From assembly GCA_046263155.1 (NCBI GenBank), contig JBHELF010000160.1:2814-66813 (forward strand): DNA of 64,000 nucleotides, read 5' to 3'. This stretch comes from Actinomycetota bacterium (lineage in GTDB: Bacteria; Actinomycetota; CADDZG01; WHSQ01). Made by a program: the position numbers and the translations under genes. This document shows, piece by piece, positions 28,089 through 36,389 of the stretch; the stretch's first letter is position 1; each line of letters starts with the position of its first letter. Below the pieces are notes generated by a model, which was given only the letters and a program-made list of their open reading frames with translations, searched no databases and was not told the origin of the DNA.

Positions 28089-28961
28089 ATGGTAGGAGGG
28101 CCTCTGATGGAGGAGCGGGTCGGGCCGCGCGCGGGTATCCGTCTCCTCCGTGACCCACCTTTTGTCGTCTCCTTGGGCGTGATCCTTTTCCTGACCGTCG
28201 TTGCGCTGGCTCCCGGACTGTTCGGTGCGGGCGACCCTTTCGATTGTTCTCTCGATCGCTCACTAGAGCGACCGAGCCTTCAACATCCTTTTGGCTTCGA
28301 TTTCCAGGGCTGCGACTACTACACGCTGGTGCTGCTGGGAGCTCGGTCCTCACTAGCTGTCGGCGCGGTCGTCGTCGCGGGGACGGCGTTGGTGGGAATC
28401 CTCGTCGGAAGTATCGCGGGGCTAAGGGAGGGGATATTCGATGCCCTCGTAGGCCGAATGGGCGACGCGGTGCTTGCCGTGCCCCTCATTCTCGGGGGCT
28501 CCCTGATCCTGAGCTTTATCGACTCGCGCTCAGCCATCCACGTGATGTGGGTGCTGGTCGTCTTGGGATGGCCGCCGATGGCGCGTCTCGTCCGCGCCCA
28601 AGTAATGCGTACGAAGGGCGAGCCGTATGTGGAAGCGGCCCGGGCTCTGGGTGTGGGTGACGGTCGCCTGCTTCGGGTGCACCTGTTGCCAAATGTGTTG
28701 TGGCCCGTCGTGGTATTTGCCGCGAGCTATGTGGCCGTGGCGGTAACGGCCGAGGCTCTCCTCAGCTTCCTCGGCGTGGGGTTGGAGCTTCCGGCCATCT
28801 CCTGGGGTCTCATGCTCGCGGAGGCGCGCTTTCGCATCCTCCAATCTCCGCATCTTCTGATTCCGGCCGCGTTTTTGGCGGCGACGGTGACGGCATTCGT
28901 CTTCTTTGGCGAGGCTCTGAGGCGACTCCTTGATCCGCAGGAATCGGGGGCCTATAGATGA
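28089..28961 (+). CDS. ABC transporter permease (DppC/OppC type)
   Basis: HPFGFD..G.D, then an EAA-like region EPYVEAARALGVGDGRLLRVHLLPN. Confidence 0.85.
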   Translation: MVGGPLMEERVGPRAGIRLLRDPPFVVSLGVILFLTVVALAPGLFGAGDPFDCSLDRSLERPSLQHPFGFDFQGCDYYTLVLLGARSSLAVGAVVVAGTALVGILVGSIAGLREGIFDALVGRMGDAVLAVPLILGGSLILSFIDSRSAIHVMWVLVVLGWPPMARLVRAQVMRTKGEPYVEAARALGVGDGRLLRVHLLPNVLWPVVVFAASYVAVAVTAEALLSFLGVGLELPAISWGLMLAEARFRILQSPHLLIPAAFLAATVTAFVFFGEALRRLLDPQESGAYR

Positions 28962-29923
28962 GTCGTCTTATCCTGCGCCGCGCTCTCCAAGCTCTGGCGA
29001 CTCTCCTATTGGTCACGTTCGTGATTCACGCCGGACTCGCATTGCTGCCGGGGGAGCCCTTGCGCGGCGTCTTCGGCCCGCGCCGTCCCGACCCGGAGGT
29101 ATTCGCGGCGCTGCGAGAGATGTATCACCTCGATCTGCCCTGGCCCCTCCGGTACCTCAACTATCTGAGAGATCTGTTCACCGGCGATTGGGGCAACACC
29201 ATCCCCGGCGAGATTCGCGGGAATGCCTATGTGGGGCCGCCGGTAACCGATGTCGTGGGGGCCGCGGTTCCTGTGAGCATTCGCCTGATCGTCCCGGCGT
29301 TGATCATCCAGATAGGGGCCGGGATCCTGGGTGGTGTGTATGCCGTCCGACGACGCGCAAACCGGCCCGGAGTTGCGGTCTACACCGGCGCCGTATTGCT
29401 TCTGGGAATTCCCGTCGTCGTCATCGCCTACTGGATGCAGATGCTCTTTGCCTGGAACCTCGATTGGTTTCCCACGGTCGGGCTTCAGGGATGGAGGGCT
29501 TATGTGCTCCCGGTCTTGAGCCTGGCCCTCGCGACCACGCCTCTGACGATCCTCCTCACCCGGTCGCAGCTACAGGACGTTCTCCTCTCCGGTTTCGTCA
29601 AACCGGCGCGCGCCCGAGCCCTGCCGGAACAGCGCATAGTGGGAGTTCACGCGTTGAGAGCCTCGCTGGGGCCAATCGCTACGTTCGTCGCGGCCAGCTT
29701 CGGTCAGCTGCTAACGGCTCTCGTAATCGTCGAGACGATCTTTCGCATCCCCGGTTACGGCCATCTCGTGTACGACGCCCTACTCGATCGTGATCGCACT
29801 TTGTTGATTGCCCTCGTCGTTCTGTCGACGGCGGCGGTTTTGGTCGCCAACCTGATCGCCGACATAGTTCACATCGCGGCCGACCCCCGCCTCCGCGACC
29901 AGCCCGCAGCTCGTCCCGCGTAA
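28958..29923 (+). CDS. ABC transporter permease (DppB/OppB type)
   Basis: MSRLILRRALQALATLLLVTFVIH..., later GFVKPARARALPEQRIV. ATGA overlap with the previous gene. Confidence 0.85.
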   Translation: MSRLILRRALQALATLLLVTFVIHAGLALLPGEPLRGVFGPRRPDPEVFAALREMYHLDLPWPLRYLNYLRDLFTGDWGNTIPGEIRGNAYVGPPVTDVVGAAVPVSIRLIVPALIIQIGAGILGGVYAVRRRANRPGVAVYTGAVLLLGIPVVVIAYWMQMLFAWNLDWFPTVGLQGWRAYVLPVLSLALATTPLTILLTRSQLQDVLLSGFVKPARARALPEQRIVGVHALRASLGPIATFVAASFGQLLTALVIVETIFRIPGYGHLVYDALLDRDRTLLIALVVLSTAAVLVANLIADIVHIAADPRLRDQPAARPA

Positions 29924-29969
29924 ACGATCTGTCGGCTCCGCCGCTCGATGAAAGCTTGGCTGCTTGCGC

Positions 29970-30605
29970 CTAAGGAGCGACGTACGGCTGGACGAACTGG
30001 CGCAGCAGCTTCTCGGGGTCCGCGTAGTCGATCTGAGTCTTTTCGCCTTCGTCAAAGAACGCGAACATCGGGCAATCTTGGATCTTCGGCTTCAGCTTCG
30101 TTGAGTCAATCTCCTCGCCACTCTGTGCCGCGTACAAAGTGGCGTCGTAGTCGGCATTGTGGAGATCGACCGAGAAGGTCTCGTCCGTCTCGTCGGATTC
30201 GTAGCCCTTACAGGTTTTTACGAAGGTTTCGTTCGTCCGATTGAGACAGGCCACGAGCTCGGTCATCTCGAGATCGGGAAACATCTTGACCCAGCCCTCG
30301 GGGAAGTCGAGGACCATCTCTGAGTACTCGGGGTCCGCCCCCTCAAAGGCGAGTATGGGGTGAATGGTTTTGGCTTTGGGGTCGTATGCCGGTACTGCCG
30401 AGACCGTTCCGCGCGCGCAGACCTGCTCGAGATCGGTATTGAACAGCTCGACGGGCGGCGTATCGGCGGCCGGGGCCTCTCCACCGGCATCGGCGGAGGT
30501 GCCGTCGTCGGCGGAGTCACCGCCGCCGCAAGCGCTGAGTGCGACCACAGCCACGAGCGCGAGACCTAGCAGTCGCCTGACCAATGGATTCCCGCTCGAG
30601 GGCAC
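29970..30605 (-). CDS. lipoprotein, unknown function
   Basis: LGLALVAVVALSACGGG lipobox. Confidence 0.65.
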   Translation of the reverse strand: MPSSGNPLVRRLLGLALVAVVALSACGGGDSADDGTSADAGGEAPAADTPPVELFNTDLEQVCARGTVSAVPAYDPKAKTIHPILAFEGADPEYSEMVLDFPEGWVKMFPDLEMTELVACLNRTNETFVKTCKGYESDETDETFSVDLHNADYDATLYAAQSGEEIDSTKLKPKIQDCPMFAFFDEGEKTQIDYADPEKLLRQFVQPYVAP

Positions 30606-30712
30606 CTTCGGAGGGTAGGTATGCCGAGATACGAAGTCAAGGCATGGTGCTTATCTTCCATTTCAAAGTCTTCAAGATGACTAAAGACCCTGCCTGATCG
30701 GCTTTGCGGTAC

Positions 30713-31327
30713 CTACCCCGATGCGGCAGCCAGCTCGACCAGCTGCTCGATCACGCCTTTTTGGACCGGCACCTTTTCCGAGAGCGCGAAGTAGAGAACG
30801 CCTAGCATTCGCAAGGGGATTCGTTGCGATCGCGTAATTAGGTAAGGCCAGTCGAGATCGTTGTTCGACATGATGTCGATGATGCTGTACCAGTGGTCGC
30901 CGATCGCCTCTCGATCGACGGTCGCGGCAAGGGTGGCGACCTGGTCTTCCGGCGCCATCACATATGGCCTCGACCCAAACATCTCGGCCCTTTTCCGATG
31001 CTCTTGGAAACTGCCGTCAAATCTCGTTCCATTTTTCAGCTCGAACATCAGATCGACGGTGGTCCCATTCTTGAAGGCCTTGTGAAGCCACGAGTGCTCC
31101 ATTTCCGTGACCTCGTAGCCTGCCGCATCGAGCTGTTTCAGGATCTCGGACGCGTCGTCCTCGCGTATCAGGACATCGATGTCGGCGATCCGATCTGCGC
31201 CTCCGGTCCAGTGGGCGGTTGCCAATCCGCCGCCGACCGCGTAGTCGAAGGAACTTTCCTCGAGGATGGCGACCGCTTGGCGAAAGACGGCCGCCGCCTT
31301 GTCTTGATCCCGCGCCTCGTTGCTCAC
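30713..31327 (-). CDS. nucleotidyltransferase-fold protein
   Basis: AVGGGLATAHW...DIDVLIRED pattern of a minimal nucleotidyltransferase. Confidence 0.55.
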   Translation of the reverse strand: MSNEARDQDKAAAVFRQAVAILEESSFDYAVGGGLATAHWTGGADRIADIDVLIREDDASEILKQLDAAGYEVTEMEHSWLHKAFKNGTTVDLMFELKNGTRFDGSFQEHRKRAEMFGSRPYVMAPEDQVATLAATVDREAIGDHWYSIIDIMSNNDLDWPYLITRSQRIPLRMLGVLYFALSEKVPVQKGVIEQLVELAAASG

Positions 31328-31414
31328 ACAGACCTTTTACCCCGTTCGCCGTCCGAGGATTGGCGTGTCGCTTAGAAGGGTCTTGGAAGTCATGGGCTAG
31401 CTATCCTTTGCGAG

Positions 31415-31828
31415 ATGGACGACGAACGCCCGCGCGGTAAGGCCGGTCCCGTCATGGAAGAGGTCCTTCGCCGGCAGGCCGAGGAGCACCGGGAGCAATC
31501 GGCGCCTCCCGCCTATGGGACCGAGCCGTCGTCCTCTCGGACGAGCTTCGTGTTGTTCGTATGCGGGTCCTTTTGGATTGCCACCGTGCTGATACCTCTC
31601 AGGGTGGGCGAAGGCCTAACGTGGCTCTACGTGATGCGAATGACGCTCGTCATCGTTGCGGTCGCGATCCCCATGCTTCTCGTTACGGACAGAACGCTCT
31701 GGGCGTCGAAGCGCCGGTGGCTGTCGGTGGGGCTTGGCGGAGCAACCGGCCTCGGTTGGAGCCTCGCAGCACTGCTCTACATCCTGGTTTTCGTGGCCCT
31801 GTTCGAGTTCATGGACCTCTTCTGGTAG
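31415..31828 (+). CDS. membrane protein, unknown function
   Basis: Four hydrophobic helices after a charged N-terminus. The start may be ATG 31454. Confidence 0.5.
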   Translation: MDDERPRGKAGPVMEEVLRRQAEEHREQSAPPAYGTEPSSSRTSFVLFVCGSFWIATVLIPLRVGEGLTWLYVMRMTLVIVAVAIPMLLVTDRTLWASKRRWLSVGLGGATGLGWSLAALLYILVFVALFEFMDLFW

Positions 31829-31925
31829 CGCGCGGATAGGCGCACATGCACGCAATAGCGGAAGGCTCCCATCAACGTAGCGATAGACAGCGCGCTCCCG
31901 TCAGCCCCTGCCAGAGGGAGGACCG

Positions 31926-32111
31926 ATGCGGGCGCGGCGAATGGACGAAGTTCCCCGCTTTGGAAGGACAAAAGTGGCCCGCGACGACCCGGAGATCCTG
32001 CTGCTGGAGAACCTCGAAACCGATCTCCCGCCGCCGCCCGGTGTGATCGAAGCAACGCGAGCTGCCCTCGGGGAGCTAGACATCGACGTTATTCGCCCGG
32101 ACATTCCATGA
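31926..32111 (+). pseudogene. N-terminal fragment of a class I/II PLP-dependent aminotransferase
   Basis: ...DDPEILLLENLETDLPPPPGVIEATRAALGE resembles the N-terminal segment of aminotransferases. The ORF stops after 61 aa and no remainder was found in the window. Confidence 0.35.
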
Positions 32112-32124
32112 AGGAGCGCGCCGG

Positions 32125-32757
32125 GTGAACGTGCAACCTACTTTCGACGCCCAGGCCGTGTTGTCCGACGAGTTAATGAAGGACGAAAGGATTCTGTGGG
32201 GTGGCCAACCAGATCCCGACCGCCACTTCTCGGCAGCGGATGTTTTCCTCATCCCATTCAGCATCATGTGGGGTGGGTTTGCGTTGTTTTGGGAAGCGGG
32301 AGTCTTAGGTTTGTGGGGCGACTCGAACGGTGAAGAAGCTCCGTTCTTCTTCGTTCTGTGGGGAATCCCATTCGTATTCATTGGGCTGTACATGATGTTT
32401 GGGCGCTTCATCTACAAGGCCCGCAAGAAAAGGCGAACCTTCTACGTGGTTACTGATCGCCGCGTGCTGTCGCTTGTCCGGTCTCAGCGAGGAGACAAGA
32501 TTCAGGCAGCTTTCATCGAAACCATCCCCTCCGTGAACAAGAGGATTCGGACAGACGGCTCGGGCTCAATCACATTCGGTTCGTCTCCTTCGTGGAGCGA
32601 CTGGTACGCGAATACAGGACTTGAGTTCATGGCATGGGGATGGGGAGGCGTTGGCAATACTGTCGTGTTCTACGACGTCCCGGATGCGCGGCAGGTCGCC
32701 AAGCTTGTGAATGACCTACGACGACGTCAGACAGGCCTGGCAAGGAATGGCCAATAG
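32125..32757 (+). CDS. membrane protein with two TM helices and a PH-like C-terminal domain
   Basis: ILWGGQPD...FLIPFSIMWGGFALFWE...FFFVLWGIPFVFIGLYMMF...FYVVTDRRVL. GC looks lower than in the core genes. Confidence 0.6.
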   Translation: MNVQPTFDAQAVLSDELMKDERILWGGQPDPDRHFSAADVFLIPFSIMWGGFALFWEAGVLGLWGDSNGEEAPFFFVLWGIPFVFIGLYMMFGRFIYKARKKRRTFYVVTDRRVLSLVRSQRGDKIQAAFIETIPSVNKRIRTDGSGSITFGSSPSWSDWYANTGLEFMAWGWGGVGNTVVFYDVPDARQVAKLVNDLRRRQTGLARNGQ

Positions 32758-32796
32758 CCTGCGCTTCACAACTCGCGTTGCGAAGAACAGGTAGGC

Positions 32797-32840
32797 GTGG
32801 GTGGCCAGAGAATCGAACTCTGAACCTACGGATCAAGAGT
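32797..32840 (-). repeat. degenerate copy of the 3' half of tRNA-Lys (outermost att remnant)
   Basis: GTGGGTGGCCAGAGAATCGAACTCTGAACCTACGGATCAAGAGT has 3 mismatches to 39715-39758. No 5' half follows. Confidence 0.8.
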
Positions 32841-33009
32841 GTCTGGCGGTGGTCAACCGCCGTAAAACCGGGTTATCCCTGTGCGGTCTGACCGGCAGTT
32901 TTCCCGGAGTGCCTCGTCGGCGCGTCGGTGCTATGCACCTGCGTTCACTCAGGCGGGGTTAGCCGTGGGTTAGCGCGAGGCGGCTACGAAAGGCTGGCTC
33001 GGCGGCGGT

Positions 33010-33597
33010 CTAGTCGCCGAGGTTCAGAAAGACCATCCAGTCAGTTTCCTCCAGGTCGGCCTTGGTGTAGCCGAGGGATCCCCGGTCGGCTACTTCGACG
33101 CTATAAAAATCGGAATCCGGCAGGTTTGGCACCGTGAAGGTCAACGTGCACACAACACTCGCATCGAAACCGCCTCCGGAACGGTCAGTCACTGTGCCTT
33201 GCTCCAGGGTGGAGCTTCCAAGAATTGTGCCCGTGCGGTCGGCCACGGCCACTACGACACCAGCAGAGATATCACTGTAGCCGCCCTCGCCCTCGCAGGG
33301 TTCGCCCAGTCGTCCGTTGAGTGAGTCAAAGGATACGGACTGAAAATCACCCGAGATCGTGAACTCGCCACTCAGTGTGTGTGTGGAGGAGGAGGAGGCA
33401 GCCGCCGAAGGCTCACCGCCTCCGTCTCCTCCGGAAAAGGCGATCGCCAAGATCGCGGCCGCGATCACTATCGAGGCCCCGATTATCAAGGGCCCTCTGT
33501 TCTGTGACATAAATGAGCCCGACGGAGGGCTTGTTGCTGGTGGCGGGGTTGCTGGCGGCGGCCGCGGTGGTGGTGGTGGTTGCTGCGCGCTAGCCAT
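33010..33597 (-). CDS. membrane-anchored protein with a Pro-rich N-terminus
   Basis: MASAQQPPPPPRPPPATPPPATSPP..., TM LIIGASIVIAAAILAIAF, and an extracellular C-terminal domain. Confidence 0.6.
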   Translation of the reverse strand: MASAQQPPPPPRPPPATPPPATSPPSGSFMSQNRGPLIIGASIVIAAAILAIAFSGGDGGGEPSAAASSSSTHTLSGEFTISGDFQSVSFDSLNGRLGEPCEGEGGYSDISAGVVVAVADRTGTILGSSTLEQGTVTDRSGGGFDASVVCTLTFTVPNLPDSDFYSVEVADRGSLGYTKADLEETDWMVFLNLGD

Positions 33598-34212
33598 CCT
33601 GGCCCCTTACTTGAGTATTGATATGTACGAGACGTACCCAAATCGACTGAGCAATTACCCGCTTCAGCACCTTCCGGCAAGCGTCGGAGGACAGGCGAGC
33701 CGGTGCCCAAAACGAAAGGCTCACGGGTGGTCCGCCAGGACGGAGGTCTCCTCAAGAGGAGACGCGACCTACTCTTTGGGGTCGCCTGGTCATCCATCGA
33801 CACGGCTACCGCGCTGAATTCGCGTATCCAACTGTTCTTTTTGTCCCCATGCTCGACGCCTCGAAGCAAGGTCGTCTATTCAATCTTCCTGGCCGAGAAC
33901 GAGAGATAGTGCGCCGAGGTCTGGAAGTCGCTTACGGAGTACGGGAGCAAATCGCCAGTGTGAATCTGACCTAGAACCCTGGAATGTCGATGACTGACCC
34001 TTCGGCCGAGCTTCGCGGCAGCGAACTAGAGCCGGTTGGGCTGGGTTCATCTGGTTCCCGGGCGACGTCACGATTCTCGGCAAGGACGGCAAGCCGATCC
34101 CTAATCAGTCCGAGCCCCGGCCCCGAGGATCATTTACGCGAGCTTGGATTTACCGAAGCGGAGATCGCTCCTCCACTTGGCGGTTGTCCAACGGCTGCCG
34201 CCTCTGCACAAC

Positions 34213-34881
34213 TTAGAGTGCCTTGTCCGCCCCGTACTCGGCCTGCTTGCGGGTATAACCGTCGTACACCAACTGCTCGATGAGGGCGGAGCGTGAGAAG
34301 CCTGACATTGAGAGGTAATCCTCGGCGGTCCCAAGGGCGTTCTCCTGACCGGAAGTTAGGTCGGACGCGGCCTCCTCACCACCACCACCGAGTGCCTTGC
34401 CCGCCCCGTACTCGGCTTGCTGGCGGGTGTAACCGTCGAACTCCAACTGCTCGATGAGGCCGGAGCGTGAGAAGCCCGACGTTGAGAGGTAATCCTCAGC
34501 GGATCTCGCCGCCTGCTCGTTCCAGTCGAGGTTCAAGTGGTCAACGGCGAAGGCAGCGTTTTTGGTGCTGTAACCCTCGAACTCCAACTGCTCGATGAGG
34601 CCGGAGCGTGAGAAGCCTGAGGTTGAGATGTAATCCTCAGCGGTGCTAAGGGCGTTCTCCTGACCGGAAGTCAGGTCAGACCCGGCCTCCTCACCACCAC
34701 CGCCGTAGTTGCCACCAACACCGTAGTTGCCACCACCACCGCTCCCGCCGCTACTGCTGAAGAAACCGCCATCGGCATCGGAGCCGCCGCCGCAGGCGGA
34801 CAGCAGCGCTACCGCCAATACAGTCAGCAGAGCAAGAGCGCGCCGAAAGACCCATTTCTGATGCATGTCTGCAACCCCCAT
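34213..34881 (-). CDS. lipoprotein with three Ltp-type (host cell surface-exposed lipoprotein) repeats
   Basis: LLSACGG lipobox, Gly-rich linker, then 3 x [A.(S/G/R)(T/S)AEDY(I/L)S.SGFSRS(G/A)LIEQL..(E/D)GY(S/T)...A.(F/Y)(A/G)] repeats. Confidence 0.75.
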   Translation of the reverse strand: MGVADMHQKWVFRRALALLTVLAVALLSACGGGSDADGGFFSSSGGSGGGGNYGVGGNYGGGGEEAGSDLTSGQENALSTAEDYISTSGFSRSGLIEQLEFEGYSTKNAAFAVDHLNLDWNEQAARSAEDYLSTSGFSRSGLIEQLEFDGYTRQQAEYGAGKALGGGGEEAASDLTSGQENALGTAEDYLSMSGFSRSALIEQLVYDGYTRKQAEYGADKAL

Positions 34882-35046
34882 TTGTCCGCCAAGCCTCTAT
34901 ACGAACAGTCATCGGCGCAAGAGCGACGGGAGTAAAGGGGCATTCTGGACAAACCTGGCATAGGCGTGTGATAAGCACATACCACCGATCCTTCTAACTC
35001 GGGTTAGCAAATGGTTAGCGCGATCGTCCGTTCGCGCCTCTAAATA

Positions 35047-35093
35047 GTGGGTGGCCAGGGAATCGAACCCTGAACCTACGGATTAAGAGTCCG
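35047..35093 (-). repeat. 47-bp direct repeat identical to the 3' part of tRNA-Lys (distal att site)
   Basis: GTGGGTGGCCAGGGAATCGAACCCTGAACCTACGGATTAAGAGTCCG is identical to 39715-39761. Confidence 0.9.
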
Positions 35094-35205
35094 AACTACG
35101 GCTTCCTAACAAGTTCTGAATCGTGCTGACGAACGGGCTTTCGCAGGTAGTGGGCGAAATCCGCAGGCGAGATTCCTGACCTATCCTGACCACAACTGGT
35201 TGGCG

Positions 35206-35226
35206 GAATGGCAAGAGAATGGCAAG
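35206..35226 (+). repeat. two GAATGGCAAG units at 11-bp spacing (candidate integrase arm-type sites)
   Basis: Units at 35206-35215 and 35217-35226. The same motif pair occurs at 39646-39666. Confidence 0.55.
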
Positions 35227-35908
35227 GCGGTGGAGCTTGCGGGCATGGCAGAGACTCCTGGTCGTGACGATCGTTGGTTTGGCGTCGACCGGCATCGCAT
35301 GCACCAGTGACGACGAAACCGCGGAGCCCGCGGCGCCCCAGATCACAGACGCTGCCGATGATCCCGAGCTCTCGCAGTCTCTGATCTCGCTGGAGGAGGT
35401 CGAGAGCGCTCCAGGTGCCCCTGAAGGGTTGGTTGAACAACCTGTCCAGGACTCTGCGCTCTACGAGAATCCTGACCCGCGAGGGCCTTGTGGCGCTCAA
35501 GTGATCCAGCCGGCCTTCAAAGACGCGGCGATCGCCGCCTTCGGAACGACCCAGCCTCCACAGGCGACTCTCGTCAATGCGGTGTGGGACCTCCCAGCGC
35601 GCGAGGCGGCGGCCTTTCTAGCGGCCACGAAGGAGGACATCAAGCCGAACTGTCCACCTTTTGTGTCCCGAACCCCCTTTGGGCAGCAGCGGGTTGAGTT
35701 CCTCGGAGAGATTCCCCTAATCGATCTCGCGGATGACGCGGTTGCGACGAGGTCGCGGATCATTCTCAAGGATCAGCCAACCCTCTATGCAGGGGCTGCT
35801 CTCGTCCGAGCGGACACACGTTTGAGCATTGTGATCGTCTTCAGCGAGGACCCGGTCCGTGCTCAGTTCATCCAAGTAGTCGCCAACCTCGCGGCAGCCA
35901 AGCTCTGA
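35219..35908 (+). CDS. lipoprotein, unknown function (element-borne)
   Basis: LVVTIVGLASTGIACTSDD lipobox. Confidence 0.6.
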   Translation: MARRWSLRAWQRLLVVTIVGLASTGIACTSDDETAEPAAPQITDAADDPELSQSLISLEEVESAPGAPEGLVEQPVQDSALYENPDPRGPCGAQVIQPAFKDAAIAAFGTTQPPQATLVNAVWDLPAREAAAFLAATKEDIKPNCPPFVSRTPFGQQRVEFLGEIPLIDLADDAVATRSRIILKDQPTLYAGAALVRADTRLSIVIVFSEDPVRAQFIQVVANLAAAKL

Positions 35909-36032
35909 ATCCCTGCTGATTCCGCGGCGCGTTGGAGTTCGGCTTCTTCTGTGGCTTCGGATGCTCAAATGACTAGCACAGAGTTGCACCCTCCTTCGAG
36001 GGAGCGACAACAAAGGCGCTTGGTGAGGCCCG

Positions 36033-36065
36033 GCCAAGGCTTTGCCAAGGTTTCTCAAGGTTGCC
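36033..36065 (+). promoter_or_regulatory. three tandem 11-bp repeats upstream of xis
   Basis: GCCAAGGCTTT / GCCAAGGTTTC / TCAAGGTTGCC, 40-70 bp upstream of ATG 36105. Confidence 0.4.
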
Positions 36066-36104
36066 CCAATGGAACTCACATTCGGCTTCTGCTACTTGTG
36101 AGGA

Positions 36105-36389
36105 ATGCGGCGAAGTAGGAAGGGCCAGGCTCCCTCAGGGCAGCTTCAGTTTTCTGTCACAGGTGGTAGCTACGGTGGGCGTAGTGACGAACCACTCCTG
36201 CTCACGGTGAAGGAGGCGGCGGCCCTAATGCGGGTCGGCAGAGACACGACCTACTCCTTGGTGGCTCAGCGACGGATCCCGTGCGTCAAGCTCGGGAAGC
36301 AGATCCGCATACCGCGGAGGGCTCTCATTGCCCATCTGGAGAAGGAAGCGGTCCAGCAGGGGCTTGACCTCGAGGGAGCCCGCACGTGA
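36105..36389 (+). CDS. xis: excisionase-family (HTH_17/MerR-like) DNA-binding protein
   Basis: LLTVKEAAALMRVGRDTTYSLVAQRRIPCVKLGKQIRIPRRAL. GTGA overlap with int. Confidence 0.8.
   Translation: MRRSRKGQAPSGQLQFSVTGGSYGGRSDEPLLLTVKEAAALMRVGRDTTYSLVAQRRIPCVKLGKQIRIPRRALIAHLEKEAVQQGLDLEGART

Larger units (their letters stand above)
32841..35046. mobile_element. integrase-less remnant of an older tRNA-Lys-integrated element
   Basis: Bounded by tRNA-Lys 3'-half copies at 32797-32840 and 35047-35093. Carries two reverse-strand surface-protein genes and about 0.6 kb of non-coding DNA. Confidence 0.6.

Noticed and set aside
32797-32880. Possible second intact tRNA-Lys gene.
   Set aside because: Only the 3' half (T-arm, part of the anticodon loop, acceptor 3' strand) is present. 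No complementary 5' acceptor strand, D-arm or 5' anticodon stem follows. It is treated as an att remnant.
33598-34212. 615-bp non-coding stretch in the old island with protein-like patches in two frames (for example ...FIWFPGDVTILGKDGKPIPNQSEP and ...EDHLRELGFTEAEIAPP), possibly a frameshifted gene relic.
   Set aside because: I cannot assign it to any family by eye. There is no start or SD, and the fragments are short. It would need BLASTX.
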